Made by a program: the position numbers and the translations under genes. From NCBI RefSeq assembly GCF_963529685.1, contig NZ_CAUSAI010000003.1, positions 7,989 through 71,988 on the forward strand: a stretch of DNA of 64,000 nt. Reading direction: 5' to 3'. A model generated the notes under the pieces. It ran no database searches. It was not told the DNA's origin and worked only from the letters and a program-made list of their open reading frames with translations. Shown piece by piece: positions 29,305 through 38,938 of the stretch (position 1 is its first letter; the number at the start of each line of letters is the position of its first letter). The DNA comes from an uncultured Gemella sp. (GTDB taxonomy: Bacteria; Bacillota; Bacilli; Staphylococcales; Gemellaceae).

Positions 29305-32172
29305 ATGACATTTGAACTTATAGAAAAGAAATATCTAAAAAATATAAATACAACTGCTTATCTTTATGAGCATACTAAAACTCGTGCTAGATTAGTATTC
29401 TTTCAAAACGATGATATAAATAAAAGTTTCAGCATTAGTTTTAAAACTATTCCTTATAATGATAATGGTATTTTTCATGTTTTAGAACATTCTGTTTTAT
29501 GTGGTTCAGCGAAATATCCAGTAAAAGAACCTTTTGTAGAACTACTTAAAGGTTCTTTTAATACATTTTTAAATGCAATGACATTTCCTGATAAAACTAT
29601 GTATCCAGTATCGTCTAAAAATGAGAAAGATTTAGAAATTTTGATGGATATATACTTAGATGCAGTATTTAATCCAAACTTAAAAATCAATTCAAATATA
29701 TTAGCTCAAGAAGGATGGCACTATCACCTTGAAGATATAGATGATGAACTTATATATAAAGGTGTTGTTTACAATGAAATGAAAGGTGCTTATTCATCGG
29801 TTGATGAAGTACTAGATCAGTATGTAAGTGAACATTTATTTAGTGACACACCATATAAATATTCTTCTGGAGGGAAACCAGAAGCTATACCTTCAATTAC
29901 TCATGAAGAGTTTTTGGAAACTTATAATTACAATTATCACCCAAGCAACAGCTATATCTTTTTATATGGTGATTTAAACATCGAAGAATATTTAAATCAT
30001 ATAGATAGTTATCTAAATAACTATGAATATAAAGATTACAGCAACTACCAATTAGTTCGACAAGAAAAATTCTCATCAGAGATCGTCAAACATACATATT
30101 TCAATGAAGATACTAAGAATAGAGCGTATGTTGCATATAATTATATTCTTGGGAATAGCAATGAATTTAGTAAAATTGAGAATATAGATATTATAGATGA
30201 TATTCTTCTTGGAAGTAGTAATACTGAATTTAGAAAGTATTTCATTGATAATAATATTTGTGAAGATGTATATAGCTATATTCAAAAAGATAGAAAAGAA
30301 GCAGTCTATTCAATTATTTTCAAGTATGTAAGTGATGATAAGTTAAAAAGTCTTGATACTGAATATAAAGAATTATTACAAGGTATTATTAACAAAGGAT
30401 TTGATTATGAGCAAGTACAAGCCTCAATTAATAAAAAGAATTTTTCTATTAAAGAGGAAGTCAATAAAACATCTTCACCAAAAGGTGTATCATATGCTAT
30501 TAGACTATTAAGAACATGGTTATATAGTGAAAATAATATATTCGATGCCTTTGATTTAGATAATGTAATCTCACACTTACAAGAAAATTGTGCTAATAAA
30601 CAATATGAAGCTTTTGCTAGACAGTTTCTTGTTGAAAATAGTAAACAGGCTGTATTACACTTAATTCCGACATTAGAAAAAGAAAATAAAGAGAAGGATT
30701 TAGTTAAATATAAATCTGCTTTATCTGTAAGCGAATTAGAAAACATAGTAAAAAGTACTAAGTCTTTACAAGAATGGCAGAGTAGTACAGATAAGAAAGA
30801 AGATTTGGAAAAAATTAAATGTGTTGATGCTAAAGAAGTCGAATTAAAAAATCCATTCGAAGAAACTTTCTTTGAAAATTATAAAGAAATTAAGTTTTCT
30901 CATTTTAATACTGTAACTAATGGTATTTCATATTCTAAATTACTATTCGATATAAGTGATTTTGAAATTGAACAGCTTCAATATGCTTCAGTTTTATCTT
31001 ACTTGTTATTTAACTTTAATACTAAGAATAAATCAGAAGCAGAAATTATTAAAGAGATTGGAGCTAATCTTGGTGGATTAAGTTCTTATGTTGATGTCTT
31101 TAGAAAACATAAAAGTGAAGAATGTGAAGTGAAATTTATAATCAGTGCCAAGAACTTAGTAGAGAAAGTAAGAGAATTGGCTAATATTCTTGAAGAAGCT
31201 ACAATTAACGCTGATTTTGAGGACAAAGAAGCGCTGTACAATGTTCTTCTAGAAATTAAACTTATGTTAGAAAATAAATTTAAAAATTCGGGACATGCGT
31301 TTGTCTCACGCCGTATTAGTGGATATTACAATCCTCAAAGCAAATTAGCTTCGTATCACGGTGAATATGATTTTTATGTGTTTATAAGTGAATTAGTAAA
31401 TAATTATGAACAAAATAGCGACAAAATTAAAGAACAACTATATAATGTTGTAAAATTAATATTTAACCAAGAAAGAGTATTAGTTAACTTTGTTGGTAAT
31501 ACAGAAGAATACACTAATTTCAAAGAAAATATATCTTCATGTTTAATTAAATATCCTAGTAAATTAGATAAACAAAAAGGATTTGAAATTAAATTAGAAG
31601 ATCAAGGTTATTCTGAAGGCTTTTACTTTGATTCATTAGTTCAATATGTTGGAGTCGGGTACAATATAAATGATTACACTGGTACACATCTAGTCTTACG
31701 TCATATTCTAAGCCTAGATTATTTATGGAATAATGTGCGTGTGAAAAACGGTGCCTATGGTTCTGGTGTGATTTTTAATACTTTTGGAGATTTTAATTTA
31801 TGGTCATACCGTGATCCAAACTTAACTGAAACATTGGATATTTACTATAATGTTGATAAGTTCGTAGCTAATGTAGAAGCTGATTCTAAAGATCTTAACA
31901 AGTATATAATCGGTACTTTGAATTCGTTGGATGTATTGATGTCACAAAGTGCGCAAGCTGCATATTCTTTAAACAAATACATCACTAATTCTCCATTTGA
32001 AGTTTATGATAAACTTGTAAATGAGATAAAAAATACAACAGTAGAAGATTTACGAAAATTAGCAACAGAATTTGAAAATATGAAATCTAAAGCATATACT
32101 TGTGTACTAGGTTCAAAAGAAAAAGTATTAGAAAACAAGCAATTATTCAATAAAACGATAGAATTAAAATAG
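29305..32172 (+). CDS. M16-family (insulinase/PreP-like) zinc metallopeptidase
   Basis: Inverted zinc motif HxxEH (HVLEHSV). The 955-aa size is typical of M16C peptidases. Confidence 0.85.
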   Translation: MTFELIEKKYLKNINTTAYLYEHTKTRARLVFFQNDDINKSFSISFKTIPYNDNGIFHVLEHSVLCGSAKYPVKEPFVELLKGSFNTFLNAMTFPDKTMYPVSSKNEKDLEILMDIYLDAVFNPNLKINSNILAQEGWHYHLEDIDDELIYKGVVYNEMKGAYSSVDEVLDQYVSEHLFSDTPYKYSSGGKPEAIPSITHEEFLETYNYNYHPSNSYIFLYGDLNIEEYLNHIDSYLNNYEYKDYSNYQLVRQEKFSSEIVKHTYFNEDTKNRAYVAYNYILGNSNEFSKIENIDIIDDILLGSSNTEFRKYFIDNNICEDVYSYIQKDRKEAVYSIIFKYVSDDKLKSLDTEYKELLQGIINKGFDYEQVQASINKKNFSIKEEVNKTSSPKGVSYAIRLLRTWLYSENNIFDAFDLDNVISHLQENCANKQYEAFARQFLVENSKQAVLHLIPTLEKENKEKDLVKYKSALSVSELENIVKSTKSLQEWQSSTDKKEDLEKIKCVDAKEVELKNPFEETFFENYKEIKFSHFNTVTNGISYSKLLFDISDFEIEQLQYASVLSYLLFNFNTKNKSEAEIIKEIGANLGGLSSYVDVFRKHKSEECEVKFIISAKNLVEKVRELANILEEATINADFEDKEALYNVLLEIKLMLENKFKNSGHAFVSRRISGYYNPQSKLASYHGEYDFYVFISELVNNYEQNSDKIKEQLYNVVKLIFNQERVLVNFVGNTEEYTNFKENISSCLIKYPSKLDKQKGFEIKLEDQGYSEGFYFDSLVQYVGVGYNINDYTGTHLVLRHILSLDYLWNNVRVKNGAYGSGVIFNTFGDFNLWSYRDPNLTETLDIYYNVDKFVANVEADSKDLNKYIIGTLNSLDVLMSQSAQAAYSLNKYITNSPFEVYDKLVNEIKNTTVEDLRKLATEFENMKSKAYTCVLGSKEKVLENKQLFNKTIELK

Positions 32173-32184
32173 AAAGGTGCATGA

Positions 32185-32826
32185 ATGAGAGTTCGAAATA
32201 GAGCAGATGCTAGAGAGCGTCTAGAAAATAGTCCAGTTGTATTTTTACAACCTAAGGATAATAAGGGAAAATGGAAAGAAGTATTTGGAAATGAAAATCC
32301 AATTCATCTAGAAATAGGGAGTGGAAAAGGTAAGTTTATTCATACACTTGCTGAAAGACACCCAGACATTAATTTTATAGCTATGGAGGCACAACCAACT
32401 GTCTTAACATTTCTATTAGATAAAGTTGAAGAAACTCATAGAGAGAATTTAAAGTTAATCTCAGGAAATGCTGAAGATCTACTAGAGTATTTTGCTGAAG
32501 GTGAAGTTGATCAATTATATCTAAACTTTTCTGATCCATGGCCTAAAACAAGACATGAGAAAAGACGCTTAACATTCCATACGTTCTTAGCTCGTTATGA
32601 AACTATCTTAAATGGAAATAAAACAATAGTTCAAAAAACTGATAACCAAGGTTTATTCGAATACAGTTTAATGAGCTATGCTAAATACGGATTTACTTTT
32701 AATAGACTTTCTTTAGATTTAACTAATAGCGTCTATGAAGAAGAGAACGTTCATACTGAGTATGAAGATAAGTTTATTAAAAAAGGTAATAGAATCTACA
32801 TGGTAGAAGCTGTAAAAGAAAAATAA
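32185..32826 (+). CDS. trmB: tRNA (guanine46-N7)-methyltransferase
   Basis: LEIGSGKGKF SAM motif and NFSDPWPKTRHEKRR. Confidence 0.92.
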   Translation: MRVRNRADARERLENSPVVFLQPKDNKGKWKEVFGNENPIHLEIGSGKGKFIHTLAERHPDINFIAMEAQPTVLTFLLDKVEETHRENLKLISGNAEDLLEYFAEGEVDQLYLNFSDPWPKTRHEKRRLTFHTFLARYETILNGNKTIVQKTDNQGLFEYSLMSYAKYGFTFNRLSLDLTNSVYEEENVHTEYEDKFIKKGNRIYMVEAVKEK

Positions 32827-32829
32827 ATA

Positions 32830-32867
32830 ATCATAGTTTACGTAAATAACATTATGTAAACTATGAT
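32830..32867 (+). terminator. 12-bp perfect hairpin after trmB (GTTTAC-N14-GTAAAC core), no T-run
   Basis: ATCATAGTTTAC (32830-32841) pairs with GTAAACTATGAT (32856-32867) around a 14-nt loop. Confidence 0.45.
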
Positions 32868-32920
32868 AGGTATTAATGTTTCTTTTACTATAATTTACAC
32901 TAAAATTATTAGTTTATACC

Positions 32921-32949
32921 TTGATTTTAAAAAAAAATTTATTTATAAT
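32921..32949 (+). promoter_or_regulatory. sigma-A promoter for efp (TTGATT-17-TATAAT)
   Basis: TTGATT at 32921-32926 and TATAAT at 32944-32949. Confidence 0.5.
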
Positions 32950-32982
32950 ATTATTAATACAATTTAAAGGAGAAATACAATA

Positions 32983-33540
32983 ATGATATCAGTTAATGAT
33001 TTTAAAACTGGAGTTACTATCGAAGTTGACGGAAACATTTGGAAAGTAATGGAATTCCAACATGTTAAACCTGGTAAAGGAGCTGCTTTCGTACGTTCTA
33101 AATTAAGAAATATGCGTACTGGAGCAGTAAACGATAAAACTTTCAGAGCTGGTGAAAAAGTAGCAAAAGCACAAATCAATAACCAAAAAATGTCATACCT
33201 TTACTCAACTGGTGAAGCATATGTATTCATGGATAACGCTACTTACGAGCAAATCGAAGTGCCTGAAGCACAATTAAAATATGAATTAAACTTCTTAAAA
33301 GAAAACATGGAAGTTTCAATCTTAATGTTTGGTGATGAAATCTTAGGTATTGACTTACCAACAACAGTAGAACTTACTGTAACTGAAACAGAACCTGGTG
33401 TTAAAGGTGATACTGCACAAGGAGCTACTAAAGCTGCAACAGTAGAAACTGGATACACTTTACAAGTACCTCTATTCGTTAAAGAAGGAGACGTATTAGT
33501 TATTAATACAGCTGAAGGTTCTTACGTATCAAGAGCGTAA
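32983..33540 (+). CDS. efp: translation elongation factor P
   Basis: [19 protein letters not shown] and 185 aa. Confidence 0.96.
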   Translation: MISVNDFKTGVTIEVDGNIWKVMEFQHVKPGKGAAFVRSKLRNMRTGAVNDKTFRAGEKVAKAQINNQKMSYLYSTGEAYVFMDNATYEQIEVPEAQLKYELNFLKENMEVSILMFGDEILGIDLPTTVELTVTETEPGVKGDTAQGATKAATVETGYTLQVPLFVKEGDVLVINTAEGSYVSRA

Positions 33541-33555
33541 TTTAAGAAAAATTAT

Positions 33556-33595
33556 AAAACTCTCTATTATTTCGATGATAGGGAGTTTTCTTTTA
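33556..33595 (+). terminator. intrinsic terminator after efp
   Basis: AAAACTCTCTAT pairs with ATAGGGAGTTTT, then CTTTT. Confidence 0.6.
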
Positions 33596-33608
33596 AAGGA
33601 GAATATAT

Positions 33609-34145
33609 ATGAGATACTTACTTTTACTTCGTGGAATAAATGTTGGTGGGAAGAATAAAGTATCCATGGCTGAATTGAAAGATTTGATTTCACGTTTAGG
33701 ATACGAAAATGTTATTACTTATATTAACAGCGGCAATATAATATTTGATGCTAATGATAATAAAGAAACTGTTAGAGAAAAGATATCACATATGTTAGAG
33801 ACTTTCCCTTTTTCTATAAATAAAGTAATACTGACACAAGAAGAATATTTGGACGAGATATCTAATTTACCTGAATGGTGGTCAGAGGAACTTTTTAGAA
33901 GAGATGTTCTTTTTTATAGTGATGCAGTTAATTATTCTGTAATGAAAGAGCGAATAAAGATGATGCCATTAAACGACGAAATGGTTCACTTTGGAAAAAG
34001 AGCTGTCTTTTGGGATAAATACAATGAGAAAAACTATTTATCAACTTCATATCATAAATTACTTATGAAAGAGAGTTTTTATAAATCTATTACTATAAGG
34101 AATGCTAGAACATTTGAAAAAATTTCAGAATTGCTTAAACATTAA
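33609..34145 (+). CDS. DUF1697 family protein
   Basis: N-terminal LLLRGINVGGKNKVSMAELK signature. 178 aa. Confidence 0.75.
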   Translation: MRYLLLLRGINVGGKNKVSMAELKDLISRLGYENVITYINSGNIIFDANDNKETVREKISHMLETFPFSINKVILTQEEYLDEISNLPEWWSEELFRRDVLFYSDAVNYSVMKERIKMMPLNDEMVHFGKRAVFWDKYNEKNYLSTSYHKLLMKESFYKSITIRNARTFEKISELLKH

Positions 34146-34232
34146 TTTCTAAATATATTAAAAGTTGTATATCTTTACTTAAGTTGGCTAATAATGATAT
34201 AATTACCTAGTGAAAAAATTAAGGAGAATATA

Positions 34233-35633
34233 ATGAAATTAGATAAATTATTAATTAGCTTAGGATTAGTTGTCTATTGTTCTTTAGCAGTTTTTTTAGG
34301 ATTTTACTCTTATAAATTGTTATTAGTTTTTATTGGTATTAGTGCTCTGATATTTCTTATTACAAAGTTGCATTTTGAGCCATTCTTATCAATATTAATA
34401 GTTGCAATTATTCTAGGTTTATTTTTAGGACTTTCCCCTAATACTTTAATCGATTCTATAGAGAAGGGGACCGGATCACTACTAGGACATCTTTCTTTGA
34501 TTTTAGGATTGGGAGCAATGTTCGGTCGAATATTAGAAGAATTGGGTGCTGTTGAAATAACAGCTAAAAAGATGATAAGTACATTTGGAATCAAAAGAAT
34601 ACAATTAGGGTTACTTATTGCTGGAATGTGTATTAGTTTTTCTTTATTTTTCGATGTTGCTTTTATATTGGTTATACCTATTATATTAGCTGTAGCAAAG
34701 GAGCTTAAAATTGATAAAATTTACTTGGCATTACCAGCAAGTATCGGTGTCTTAACTATTCATGCGTTATTTCCACCACATCCAAGTCCTAGTATCATAA
34801 CTAAGACATTTCATCTTAATATGGCAGAAGTATTTTTCTATGGATTAATAGTTGCAATTCCTACAGCAATAATTGGTGGTCTATTATTAACTAATTCAAA
34901 ACTAGTTAAAACAATACCTATCACAAAAAATTCAACTAACACTATAAATGTGCTTAAAATTGAAAATCAGATTATGAGTTCATCCTTTGCAATACTATTA
35001 ATGCTGCTACCTGTTATACTAATTACAATTCCTACAATTTTTTTAGGTATTCCAAATTTACCAACAAATATTAAAGGAATATTATCAATTATAAGTAATC
35101 CGGTTACTGCATTAATAATAAGTTTATTAATTGCTATAATTAAATTAATGCAAGTTAAAAGCCTAAGAGCTAGTAGTGTTGTTCCATTGTTAAGTCAATC
35201 AATTAAGACAATTGCTGTTGTTCTTTTAATTAATGGAGCTGCTGGAGGTCTTAAACAAGTCCTAGTAGACTCAAAGGTTACAGATGAAATTGTTAGTTTA
35301 ACAAATGGTTTGAATCTATCTCCAATAGTGATAAGTTTTATAGTAGCAGCAATACTTAGAATATCACTTGGTAGTGCAACTATCGCCGCTATAACAACAC
35401 TTGCCATAGTAGAGCCACTTGTTCCAACCATTAGTTATTCACCGGTATTTATAATGCTAAGTATCACTGCTGGAAGTATGTTTTGCTCACATGTAAATGA
35501 TCCTGGGTTTTGGTTGTTTAAACAGTACTTAAATCTGGATTTTAAAACGACATTTAAGACATGGACACTAGGAACAACAGTTTCAGCACTTATTGCTTTT
35601 GTTATAATTTTAATAATAACGTCGCTTACATAA
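34233..35633 (+). CDS. GntP-family (gluconate/organic anion:H+) permease
   Basis: 466 aa with about 12 TM segments in a GntP-like layout (GLGAMFGRILEE..). Confidence 0.75.
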   Translation: MKLDKLLISLGLVVYCSLAVFLGFYSYKLLLVFIGISALIFLITKLHFEPFLSILIVAIILGLFLGLSPNTLIDSIEKGTGSLLGHLSLILGLGAMFGRILEELGAVEITAKKMISTFGIKRIQLGLLIAGMCISFSLFFDVAFILVIPIILAVAKELKIDKIYLALPASIGVLTIHALFPPHPSPSIITKTFHLNMAEVFFYGLIVAIPTAIIGGLLLTNSKLVKTIPITKNSTNTINVLKIENQIMSSSFAILLMLLPVILITIPTIFLGIPNLPTNIKGILSIISNPVTALIISLLIAIIKLMQVKSLRASSVVPLLSQSIKTIAVVLLINGAAGGLKQVLVDSKVTDEIVSLTNGLNLSPIVISFIVAAILRISLGSATIAAITTLAIVEPLVPTISYSPVFIMLSITAGSMFCSHVNDPGFWLFKQYLNLDFKTTFKTWTLGTTVSALIAFVIILIITSLT

Positions 35634-35662
35634 ATATTTTTTAAATAATTAGTGTTTTTCGC

Positions 35663-35691
35663 TTGCTATTTATATTTAGTTATGTTATATT
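35663..35691 (+). promoter_or_regulatory. sigma-A promoter for rpmB (TTGCTA-17-TATATT with an upstream TG)
   Basis: TTGCTA at 35663-35668 and TGTTATATT at 35683-35691. Confidence 0.45.
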
Positions 35692-35750
35692 ATTACTTGT
35701 GTATGTAGTAAATGTTATGAATAAACTATTTCCAAAAGGAGGATTAATTC

Positions 35751-35939
35751 ATGGCAAAAGTTTGTTACGTAACTGGACGTAAAGCTCGTTCAGGAAATAC
35801 TCGTTCACACGCGATGAACGCAAATAAAAGAAAATTCAAAGCTAATCTACAAAAAGTAACAATTTTAGTAGACGGACAACCTAAAAAAGTTTGGGTTTCT
35901 GCTAGAGCTTTAAAATCTGGAAAAGTTGAGCGTGTATAA
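35751..35939 (+). CDS. rpmB: 50S ribosomal protein L28
   Basis: [27 protein letters not shown]. 62 aa. Confidence 0.95.
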   Translation: MAKVCYVTGRKARSGNTRSHAMNANKRKFKANLQKVTILVDGQPKKVWVSARALKSGKVERV

Positions 35940-35955
35940 TTAAGCGATAAACTTT

Positions 35956-35986
35956 AAGCTATCTAAGGAAACTTAGGTAGCTTTTT
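35956..35986 (+). terminator. intrinsic terminator after rpmB
   Basis: AAGCTATCTAAG pairs with CTTAGGTAGCTT, then TTT. Confidence 0.7.
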
Positions 35987-36149
35987 ACATTATATTCATT
36001 AAAATAATAGAAAAAAACTTCAAAATCAGCTAAATATACTAAATTTTATATAAATAGCCATTTAAATCAATTCTGAGCATTAAAATAAGTTTTTGGAGTA
36101 ATTATATTATTTTAAATTTTAGAAGGCTCATACGACGTTTAAATAGGTC

Positions 36150-36200
36150 AGATTTTTGAAAAAGTATAAAATCATAAAAGAATTCTAAATTTCTAAAATT
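36150..36200. other. candidate dif (difSL-like) Xer recombination site
   Basis: GATTTTTGAAAAAGTATAAAATCATAAAAGAATTCTAAATTTCTAAAAT contains segments resembling my recollection of the streptococcal difSL (ATTTTTCCGAAAAACTATAATTTTCTTGAAA). It lies about 200 bp upstream of xerS. Confidence 0.3.
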
Positions 36201-36393
36201 AGGATAAAAAATATAAATAAAATATTGCACTAAAATAGAATAGTACATTTCAGATAAAAATAATTTCTCTTTTAAATATACAAGGGGGGTTAATGATATT
36301 GAAAGAAGTATATAAATATGATATAATATATTTGTTCGTATAATACATATTATATGTATAATTTATAAATTCAAGGAGAATGTAGTAATACCA

Positions 36394-37440
36394 ATGAATC
36401 AACGTGATTATTATAAACAAAAAATTAACAAAATACTTCCAGAATTTCCTGACTACATAGAAGATTTTATTGACACATATTATGACAATTTATCTCCATT
36501 AACTTTGCATAGATATTTAGAAACCTATAAGAACTTTTTAAATTGGACTATCAGAGAAACTATATCTGATGCTGAACTTATTAAAGATGTCAGCCTTTCT
36601 ACTCTTGAAAATATTTCTAAAAAAGAAATGGAAAGTTATTTCAAGAGTCTATCTCGTGAGCAAGTTAATGGTAAATACCGTAGTCAAACTACTATAAATA
36701 ACTATAAAGCTGCTATGAGATCACTCTACAAGTTTCTTACTGTAACAAGTGAAACCGAGCAAGGACGTGCTTATTTTGAACGAAATGTAATGCTTAAAAT
36801 ACCTATTAATCGTGTTAAAGAAACATTATCTTCAAGATCAAAGAAAATATCAGAAAAGATATTCCTAGATTCGCAAGATGAAGAATTTTTACAGTATGTT
36901 GAATTTGAATATGAACAAACATTATCTAATCATGGAAAATCATTTTTTCTTCGAGATAAAGCAAGAGATTTAGCTATATTAACTCTATTTCTAAAAAGCG
37001 GTATCCGTGTCAACGAACTTGCTAATTTAAAAATAAAAGACATAGATTTTTTAAATAGTGAAATTAATGTAGTTAGAAAAGGGAATAAAGTTGATACAGT
37101 CATAATTACTAAATCTGCTCTTGATAGACTTAATGAATACATTACTTCCCTACCTTTTACACTTAATAGAGAAGATTACGTATTTATTAGTAAAAACAAA
37201 ACGGGACTGTCGATAAGAGCCATTCAGAAATTGGTAATGAAATATACAGATGCATTTAATGTTCCAATGTCACCACACAAATTAAGACACAGTTACGGGA
37301 CAAAATTAGCTCTTAAAACAAATGGTAATATACCAATAATTATGACGCAAATGGGACATTCTAACAGTGATACATCAATGCTATACATTAATGAATCAAA
37401 AAAGATTATTAAGCAAAATATTAATAAACTTGATGATTAG
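36394..37440 (+). CDS. xerS: XerS-type tyrosine site-specific recombinase
   Basis: Blocks shared with streptococcal XerS as I recall it: LSTLENISKKEMESY, YFERNVMLK, EFLQYVEFEYEQTLS. Catalytic R..HKLRHS..GH..Y residues are present. 348 aa. Confidence 0.8.
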   Translation: MNQRDYYKQKINKILPEFPDYIEDFIDTYYDNLSPLTLHRYLETYKNFLNWTIRETISDAELIKDVSLSTLENISKKEMESYFKSLSREQVNGKYRSQTTINNYKAAMRSLYKFLTVTSETEQGRAYFERNVMLKIPINRVKETLSSRSKKISEKIFLDSQDEEFLQYVEFEYEQTLSNHGKSFFLRDKARDLAILTLFLKSGIRVNELANLKIKDIDFLNSEINVVRKGNKVDTVIITKSALDRLNEYITSLPFTLNREDYVFISKNKTGLSIRAIQKLVMKYTDAFNVPMSPHKLRHSYGTKLALKTNGNIPIIMTQMGHSNSDTSMLYINESKKIIKQNINKLDD

Positions 37441-37458
37441 TAATAAAGTAAAATAAAA

Positions 37459-37494
37459 ATATAGTTTACATATATTTAATTATGTAAACTATAT
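37459..37494. terminator. 13-14 bp hairpin at the convergence point of xerS and grpB (GTTTAC-N14-GTAAAC core)
   Basis: ATATAGTTTACAT pairs with ATGTAAACTATAT. The right arm overlaps the last codons and stop of grpB. A T-run follows on the + strand. Confidence 0.55.
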
Positions 37495-38015
37495 TTTTCT
37501 ATAGTATTTCTTATAAATTTCGTTTTACCAGCAGTATATCCCTCTCTATCGTACCTGTATGTTAGTTCTAAATCTAATTTTAATCTTTCATATTGTTTTG
37601 CTATTTTTGGATTTTTTATTAAAATATCTCTAAACTTAACTTCCTCAATATCACCTTTTCTTCTTACATGAAGATGGTAGACTTTATCTTGAAAACCATC
37701 AATCCCATATCCTTTGACTAGAAAAGCTCTATCGTCTTCTTTCCAACGTAGTTCCCATTCTACATTCAAAATATCCATTATACTATCAAAATCATTACTT
37801 TCATTTATTTCTAAAATTATATCTATTATGTCCTTTGAATATATATTTGGAATAGCTGTACTACCTATGTGATATAAACTTATATTGTATTTATTTAGTT
37901 TATCCAGTAAATTTGTCTTTTCATCTTCATACAAGTTTGTCCATTCGCTATTATGTTTAACAAGTTTTATAGGGAATTTTCTTTTAAAATCCTCATCTTT
38001 TAATATATTATCCAT
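37476..38015 (-). CDS. GrpB-family protein
   Basis: HIGSTAIPNIYSKDIIDI signature. 179 aa. Confidence 0.85.
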   Translation of the reverse strand: MDNILKDEDFKRKFPIKLVKHNSEWTNLYEDEKTNLLDKLNKYNISLYHIGSTAIPNIYSKDIIDIILEINESNDFDSIMDILNVEWELRWKEDDRAFLVKGYGIDGFQDKVYHLHVRRKGDIEEVKFRDILIKNPKIAKQYERLKLDLELTYRYDREGYTAGKTKFIRNTIEKYSLHN

Positions 38016-38030
38016 TTACAAAACACCTCT

Positions 38031-38070
38031 CAAAAAATAAAATTGCTAGGATAGGATAAATCCTAGCAAT
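38031..38070 (-). terminator. intrinsic terminator after pgsA
   Basis: ATTGCTAGGAT (38042-38052) pairs with ATCCTAGCAAT (38060-38070). A T-run (TTATTTTTTG) follows on the - strand. Confidence 0.6.
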
Positions 38071-38074
38071 AACA

Positions 38075-38644
38075 TTATTTAAATACATGTAATGAATTCT
38101 TAAAGTACTCTATACCTGATAGAATTGTTAGAATCACTGAAATCCATAATAGTATATAGTCTAATTGGAAACCAATTGTGTTAAATATAGGATTTCCTAA
38201 TAATATCAAGATAATAGCAATAAGTTGGCTAATAGTTTTAAGTTTTCCTAAAATACCGGCAGGTATCACTTCTCCTCTTTCAACTGCAAGTAACCTAAGA
38301 CCTGTAACAGCAAATTCTCTTGCAATTACAACAACTACCATCCAGCTATGCATTAAACCTAATTCAACCATAACTATGAAGGCACTTCCTACTAAAAGTT
38401 TATCGGCCAAAGGATCTAAGAATTTCCCCATATTAGTTACTAAATTATACTTTCTTGCCAAATATCCATCTATAAAATCAGTCAATGAAGCAAAGATAAA
38501 TATTAAAGCAGCTATGAAAATATTTATAGTTATTTCTCTTCCTCCAAAAATAGAAATACTTCCTCCCATGTCTACAAGTAAAAAGATTATAAATACAGGT
38601 ATTAATATTGTTCTAAATAAAGTTATTTTATTTGGTAGATTCAT
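38075..38644 (-). CDS. pgsA: CDP-diacylglycerol--glycerol-3-phosphate 3-phosphatidyltransferase
   Basis: CDP-alcohol phosphatidyltransferase motif [24 protein letters not shown]. Confidence 0.93.
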   Translation of the reverse strand: MNLPNKITLFRTILIPVFIIFLLVDMGGSISIFGGREITINIFIAALIFIFASLTDFIDGYLARKYNLVTNMGKFLDPLADKLLVGSAFIVMVELGLMHSWMVVVVIAREFAVTGLRLLAVERGEVIPAGILGKLKTISQLIAIILILLGNPIFNTIGFQLDYILLWISVILTILSGIEYFKNSLHVFK

Positions 38645-38731
38645 TATTATTACTTACCCTTCTTACATAAATATAAAATTAATTCACTTATAATTATATC
38701 ATATTCTACAATAAGCTACAATAAAAAATAC

Positions 38732-38904
38732 GGGAGTGACTAGACAAAATCGATTTCTTCGAAATCACGATTTTTGAGTCACTCCCGCAAAAGTTTATTA
38801 GATATCTAAAAAGCTTTTATAAAGAGTATTTAGATATCAATAAGCCACTGCGTCCATGAGTTATCATATATACTTTTTTAAAATTCAGGACTTTTGCGTC
38901 CGCT
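38732..38904 (-). repeat. dispersed modular repeat, copy 3 (L module inverted; H hairpin 38732-38786 in the opposite relative orientation to the other copies)
   Basis: The reverse complement of 38787-38904 aligns to the L module of copy 2. The hairpin reads GGGAGTGACTAGACAAAATC...GATTTTTGAGTCACTCCC on the + strand, the same orientation as in the + copies. Confidence 0.88.
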
Positions 38905-38938
38905 CTGTATTTTAAATTTTGTGAATTTATCTTTTTAA

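Noticed and set aside
36268-36340. 16-codon uORF (MILKEVYKYDIIYLFV) after a GGGGGG run upstream of xerS.
   Set aside because: The RBS spacing is only about 3 nt, there is no obvious attenuator structure, and short ORFs are expected by chance in AT-rich DNA.
38178-38693. 171-aa + strand ORF, plus similar long antisense ORFs (for example 51397-52002, 44697-45008, 30405-30746, 13825-14136, 10531-10836, 8409-8723, 5747-6082).
   Set aside because: Each lies entirely inside, and antisense to, an ORF with clear conserved-family motifs (pgsA, coaBC, era, M16 peptidase, FAH, pknB, rlmN, fmt). They have skewed S/L/I/F-rich composition and no RBS, which is typical of shadow ORFs in AT-rich genomes.
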